A DNA stretch of 22,761 nt, taken from the NCBI GenBank assembly GCA_963847445.1, contig CAWJZV010000031.1:1-22761 (forward strand), given 5' to 3'. Positions 18,312 through 22,761 of this stretch are shown one piece after another. Numbering within the stretch: the first letter of the stretch is position 1; each line of letters starts with the position of its first letter. Both the position numbers and the translations under genes were made by a program. The stretch comes from an uncultured delta proteobacterium. GTDB taxonomy: Bacteria > Desulfobacterota > Binatia > UBA9968. A model generated the notes under the pieces. That model searched no databases and was not told where the DNA came from. It was given only the letters and a program-made list of their open reading frames with translations.

Positions 18312-19283
18312 TCAACTCTGATACCGGATGCGCGGGTCGAGCCAGCCGTAGATCACGTCCGCCAGCAAATTGAAGAACACCACGGTCACGGCGATGATCA
18401 TCACCACGGTCATCGCGACGACGTAGTCATTGCCCATGATCGAGGTGTAGAGCAGCCGGCCCATGCCCGGATAGGCGAACACCGTTTCTACGACGGTCGA
18501 GCCGCCGACCACTCGCGGCATGGTCACGGCGATGATCGTCACCACAGGAATCAACGCGTTTTTCAGCGCATGGCGGCCGATGACGACGCTCTCGCTCAGC
18601 CCTTTGGCGCGCGCCGTGGTGAGATAATCCTGGCGCAGCACTTCGAGAAGACTCGAACGCATGAAGCGCTGGACCTGAATTATCTCCGAGATCGCTAAAA
18701 CCGCCACCGGCAGGATCAGATGCTTCAGCCAGTCCACCGTCGCCGCCCAACTGCCCGGTTCCAGCTCGCTATTGACGATGCCGGAAGTCGGCAGCCAGCC
18801 GAGCTTGACGGAAAACAGGATGATCAACATCAGCCCGAGCCAAAACGCCGGCACGGAATAGGCGACAAAAGTCGTCGCCGTCAGGAGGTAGTCGCCGATG
18901 GAATATTGGCGCACCGCGGAAAAAATTCCCAGAGCGATGGCGATCAACTTGCCCAACACCACCGCGGCAATGGTCAGCACCAGGGTATTTTTCAGCGCCG
19001 GCAAAATGATATCGAACACCGGCTGGCCGTATTCGCGCGAGTAGCCGGGATTCAACTGGAGCAATTGCCACAGCCACTTGCCGTACTGAACGTAGACCGG
19101 ATCGTCAAAACCGTAGAGCTTGCGCAACCGGTCATAATCCTCCGGCCGCAAGTTGGGAATCCCTTCGAGCATCCGGTACAGCGGATCCCCCGGCATCAAG
19201 TAGAGCAAGGTAAAGATCAGCGCCGAGATCACCAGCAGCAGCGGGAGCGTCTGAAACAGCCGGCGGAGAACGTAGAGCAGCAT
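18312..19283 (-). CDS. dppB: ABC peptide/nickel transporter permease, DppB/OppB type
   Basis: MLLYVLRRLF, LMPGDP, VPAFWLG, HLILP, RSSLLEVLRQDYLTTARAKGL, HALKNA, VETVFAYPGMG, LDPRIRY. Confidence 0.95.
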   Translation of the reverse strand: MLLYVLRRLFQTLPLLLVISALIFTLLYLMPGDPLYRMLEGIPNLRPEDYDRLRKLYGFDDPVYVQYGKWLWQLLQLNPGYSREYGQPVFDIILPALKNTLVLTIAAVVLGKLIAIALGIFSAVRQYSIGDYLLTATTFVAYSVPAFWLGLMLIILFSVKLGWLPTSGIVNSELEPGSWAATVDWLKHLILPVAVLAISEIIQVQRFMRSSLLEVLRQDYLTTARAKGLSESVVIGRHALKNALIPVVTIIAVTMPRVVGGSTVVETVFAYPGMGRLLYTSIMGNDYVVAMTVVMIIAVTVVFFNLLADVIYGWLDPRIRYQS

Positions 19284-19291
19284 GGCTTAAA

Positions 19292-19365
19292 CGTTCGTGA
19301 TCGTGACTCGAATCGTGCATACGTACGATTCGTGAACAGCTTGAACTCCCAAACGAACACGAACG
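19292..19365. repeat. Periodic palindrome (6-nt TCGTGN / CACGAA units) between dppA and dppB
   Basis: CGTTCGTGATCGTG...AATCGTG...ACGATTCGTG...AACGAACACGAACG. The ends pair at 12 of 14 positions. Confidence 0.6.
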
Positions 19366-19371
19366 CGTCAA

Positions 19372-21065
19372 TTAGACCTTATCCCACTTATGGGTATTCC
19401 ACGAGCTCGAGTTCTGCCCGCCGCTCTCCTGGCGCGGCGTGATGCCTGTCAGGCCCCTTTTCACGACGATAATTTCCGGCGTGAAATAGAGCGGCAAATG
19501 CGGCAACGCCGAACTGAACATCTTACAGAACTCGATTTGCAGCTTTTCCGACTGCTCGGGGGTAATGATCGAATTGATTTCGTCGAGAATTGCGTCCTTC
19601 TTCGGGTCGTTCCAACCGGAAACGTTCTCCGGCGCGAATTTATTTTCCGCTGTTGGGATGTTCTTGGAATGAAACCGTTCGGGCCATTCTTCCACGGTCA
19701 CGTTATGCGAACCGATATACGCGCCCGGCCAGCGGTTGCGATTGTCCGCCGAGTTGAGCAGGCGATTGGGCATATTTTTGATGTTAGTGCGCACGCCGAT
19801 GCTTTTCCAAAAGTCGGCGATGATCGCCTGCGCCTGTTCATGATCGCGCCGCTCGGCGGTGACGCGGAACTCGAACTCCATTTTCTCGCCCTTGGCATTG
19901 ACGAGGACTCCGTCGGCGCCGGGCTGCCAACCGGCTTCGGCCATGAGTTTCTTGGCGCGCTCAATATCGAACTTGTAGATCGTCGAAGCCGCCAGCGCTT
20001 TGTTATTGACCTTGCGGGCGCGCGACAGCGGCAGATGGGACACGACCTTTTCGCCTCTGAAAAGGTTCTGCACCATGGCGTCGCGGTCGATGGCATGCAG
20101 CAAGGCGCGCCGGACTCTAACGTCGCTGAACCATGGATTGTCGCGGCTGAGACTTAGCCAGCTCCACGAAGCCGGGCTGCTCAACACCTTGCCCTTACCC
20201 TGCTTTTCCCATTGCTCGCGCAAGATCATCGCGCCGTCGAAGGAGATCGTGCTGCGCATGCAGAGATCGACCTCGCCGGCCATCACCGCCGCCAGATTGG
20301 TATTGGTATCTTCAACCGTCTTGTAGGTCATGCGGTCGATCTTCGGCCGTCCGAGGGCGAAATCGTTGAACGCCTCAAATTCCACGCGGCTGCCCTGCTC
20401 CCACTCGGCGACTTTGAACGCTCCAGCGCCGACAAAATTTTTGTTCCAGTACGGCAAATTGGCGAACGCTTTCATGTCGCCGGCTTGAAAAGCGTCGAGT
20501 AGGAGATGGCGCGGGAAGGCGCGCACATGGGTGTACTGAATCGCATAGGCTTCGTTGTAGAGGTCGTTCCAGTGAATCACGATGGTGCGGTCGTCCGGAG
20601 TCTCGATCTTGGAAATCATCTCCGGCACCAGACGATCCGGCATGGGAAATTGCGGATGCTTGGCAATCTGCCAGCCGAACTCGAAGTCCTTGGAGGTGTA
20701 GGGCTTGCCGTCATGCCATTTGAGGTTGGGCCGCAGCTTGTAGACCGTGATCATGGTCTTCTTCTGCATGTCGATCTTCCAGGTGCCCTTCTTGATCGAC
20801 GGCAGCTCCTCGGCGAGCACCGGCACGCGCTCGAAAGTCACCGGATTCTGCCCCACCAGACCGGCATCGGCGATCGAAACATGCTCGGTCTCGCGCCGGT
20901 TGTGATAACCGAGACTGGTCACTTGCCGCTCGCCGTGAATGACGATGCGCTTGCGCGCGGGCTGAGCCGCGAATAACGGTGGGGTAACAGCACGCCGGCG
21001 GCCGTAGCGCCGCTCAGTTTGACGAATTGTCTCCGCGTTAAAGATGACTTCTTCCTATCCTTCAT
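19372..21065 (-). CDS. dppA: ABC transporter substrate-binding protein, family 5 (DppA/OppA), with Tat signal; frameshift ~20985
   Basis: GGAGG RBS and ATG 21065: MKDRKKSSLTRRQFVKLSGATAAGVL / TPPLFAAQPARKRIVIHGERQVTSLGY. Family motifs LRPNLKWHDGKPYTSKDFEF, VGAGAF, DVRVRRALLHAIDR, AKKLMAEAGW. Confidence 0.93.
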
Positions 21066-21104
21066 ATTCGAACCTCCAAGATGATCGCTGCAATTTACGC
21101 AACC

Positions 21105-21133
21105 GGTATAACCAATGGGCCCAGCCGGGTCAA
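21105..21133 (-). promoter_or_regulatory. Putative sigma70 promoter of the dppABC-like operon
   Basis: Minus strand TTGACC-17 nt-TATACC, about 40 nt upstream of ATG 21065. A divergent TTGACA lies at 21156-21161 on the plus strand. Confidence 0.45.
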
Positions 21134-21214
21134 TTCAAATCCCTAGCACCCTTCCTTGACAAGCCGGCAATGCACCAGTTACATGAACAACGATAATTCA
21201 TTTAGGAGGCTCCC

Positions 21215-21919
21215 ATGGCTGCCGATTTCGAAGATCATTGTTGGAAAGATATCGTCTCACCGGAAATTCTCAAAACCTATACCCCCTATCACCGGGAAAC
21301 CTACATCGGCCAGAGGCCGGCGCTGCTCGCCATCGACCTTTACAACCTCGCCTACGAAGGCGGCGCAAAATATCCGCATGAGCTCGTCGACACGCACAAG
21401 AGTTCTTGCGGTATCTACGCCCACGAGGCGATCAAGCCGACCCAAGAATTATTCGCCTTGGCGCGCAGCTTGAAGATCCCGGTATTTTACACGACCACGG
21501 AAACCCGCAAAGAAGCCAAACCTGACTATATCTACGCGACCAATCGCCAGCGGGTGAAAATCGATCCCGAAGCCTTCGAGATCAAGGACGAGTTCAAACC
21601 GCAACCCGGCGATGTGGTGATTTTCAAGGAACGCGCCAGCGGCTTCTTTGGCACACCGCTGGTCGCGCATTTGACCCAACTGGGCTGCGACAGCCTGATC
21701 GTCTGCGGCGAAAGCACCAGCGGCTGCGTCCGCGCCAGCTGCGTCGACGGCTACTCTCTCGGCTATCATGTGTCGATCGTCGAGGAATGCGTCTTCGACC
21801 GCAGCCCGCTGTCGCACAAAGTGAATCTCTTCGACATGCATCACAAGTACACCGACGTGATGAAGCTCGAAGAAGTGAAAGAAAAGATCAAACAGGAACG
21901 GCCGAGGAAAACGAACTAA
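21215..21919 (+). CDS. Isochorismatase-family cysteine hydrolase (N-carbamoylsarcosine/maleamate amidohydrolase-like)
   Basis: AGGAGG RBS. Asp-Lys-Cys triad motifs: RPALLAIDL, FKERASGFFGT, GESTSGCVRAS. Also ECVFDRS...HKVNLFDMHHKY. Confidence 0.93.
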   Translation: MAADFEDHCWKDIVSPEILKTYTPYHRETYIGQRPALLAIDLYNLAYEGGAKYPHELVDTHKSSCGIYAHEAIKPTQELFALARSLKIPVFYTTTETRKEAKPDYIYATNRQRVKIDPEAFEIKDEFKPQPGDVVIFKERASGFFGTPLVAHLTQLGCDSLIVCGESTSGCVRASCVDGYSLGYHVSIVEECVFDRSPLSHKVNLFDMHHKYTDVMKLEEVKEKIKQERPRKTN

Positions 21920-21922
21920 ACA

Positions 21923-22027
21923 TCCGTTCCAGCAGTTCCAATCGTTCCAAAGGTTCCATTCGGAGGTCCCACTTCGGTTTCTTCCGACCATTGGAACGAC
22001 TGGAACACTTGGAACCTTTGGAACGGA
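21923..22027. repeat. Periodic palindrome: 4x GTTCCA and 4x TGGAAC at an exact 9-nt period
   Basis: GTTCCA at 21926, 21935, 21944, 21953. TGGAAC at 21992, 22001, 22010, 22019. Inner TCGGA/TCCGA stem. Confidence 0.9.
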
Positions 22028-22040
22028 AGTTCTTGAAATC

Positions 22041-22761
22041 ATGTACAGCACATCGAACGGCATAAAAATTTATTACGAAGTCTCCGGCGAAGGCCTGCCC
22101 TTCGTCATGGTCCATGCCAATCCGTTCGACCATAATTTGTGGATGTACCAGATCGCCCACTTCTCGACGTACTTCAAAGTGGTCGGCATCGACATCCGCG
22201 GCTATGGCCGATCGGATAAGCCGGAAACGCCGTTTAGCCTCAAAGACATGGCCGACGACGTGCTCGCAGTGTGCCGCGATCTCGGCATTAAAGAAGCGAT
22301 CCTCGGCGGCGTCAGCGTCGGCTCGGGCATGGCGATTTTGCTCGGCCTCGATCATCCCGAGATGTTCAAGGCGATTATTCTGGTAGGCGGCAGCAGCGGT
22401 CCCGGCGGTTCCATCGACGAGCGCATCCGCGGCTACACCAAGGTCGGCATCGAGCGCTATCATATTCAGCATCTGCGCGAGTTGGTCGCGCCGGATTTCC
22501 CCGAAACCAAGTTGGGCAAGTATCTGCTCAACACCTTTGTCGAGCGCGATCCCTGGTTGTCGGGCGAGTCCATCGGCCAGATCTTTCGCGCTCGCGGCGG
22601 CCTCGACATGACGCCGCGTCTGCCGACCATGAAAGTGCCGACTTTGGTGATCAACGGCGAGTACGACAACTCGCTGGCCGGCGGCAAGAAAACCGCGTCA
22701 TTGATTCCCGGCGCCGTGCACAAAATCCTGCCCAAGACCGGCCACGCCTGCAACATCGAAG
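22041..22761 (+). CDS. Alpha/beta-fold hydrolase (MhpC/PcaD-like), 3' end outside window; missing from ORF track
   Basis: MYSTSNGIKIYYEVSGEGLPFVMVHANPF...IDIRGYGRSDKP...GGVSVGSG (GxSxG)...KVPTLVINGEYD (Asp)...KTGHACNIE (His). Frame is open to the window end. Confidence 0.93.
   Translation, partial: MYSTSNGIKIYYEVSGEGLPFVMVHANPFDHNLWMYQIAHFSTYFKVVGIDIRGYGRSDKPETPFSLKDMADDVLAVCRDLGIKEAILGGVSVGSGMAILLGLDHPEMFKAIILVGGSSGPGGSIDERIRGYTKVGIERYHIQHLRELVAPDFPETKLGKYLLNTFVERDPWLSGESIGQIFRARGGLDMTPRLPTMKVPTLVINGEYDNSLAGGKKTASLIPGAVHKILPKTGHACNIE

Noticed and set aside
21923-22027. CRISPR array
   Set aside because: Units are 6-nt cores at a 9-nt period in inverted arms. There are no 23-47-nt direct repeats with unique spacers and no cas genes.

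Overview
GC-rich bacterial chromosomal window. The gene style (amidohydrolase_2, many MFS paralogues, Tat-exported family-5 binding protein) suggests a Binatota/'Deltaproteobacteria'-like soil or sediment bacterium, which is inference only. About 20 genes encode small-molecule catabolism and transport: EamA/DMT transporter, Deg/HtrA protease, two-domain RidA-like protein, D-2-hydroxyacid dehydrogenase, SAM methyltransferase, amidohydrolase, cysteine/3-mercaptopropionate dioxygenase facing a four-domain rhodanese, atypical DHDPS-family lyase, three tandem MFS paralogues plus a divergent MFS, a dppABC-like operon without ATPases, an isochorismatase-family hydrolase and an alpha/beta hydrolase cut by the window edge. 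Roughly 20 single-base frameshifts, several in short homopolymers, look like long-read errors, so genes were stitched across them. Two things are not explained by the ORF track. First, about nine intergenic palindromic elements: GTAG- and CGTC-type REPs plus five 'periodic hairpins' whose arms are tandem 6-9-nt units. Second, a decayed patch at 4.5-5.3 kb holding a 5'-truncated PIN/VapC gene and an unannotated PKD-domain gene remnant. No rRNA, tRNA, CRISPR array, transposase or integrase was seen.
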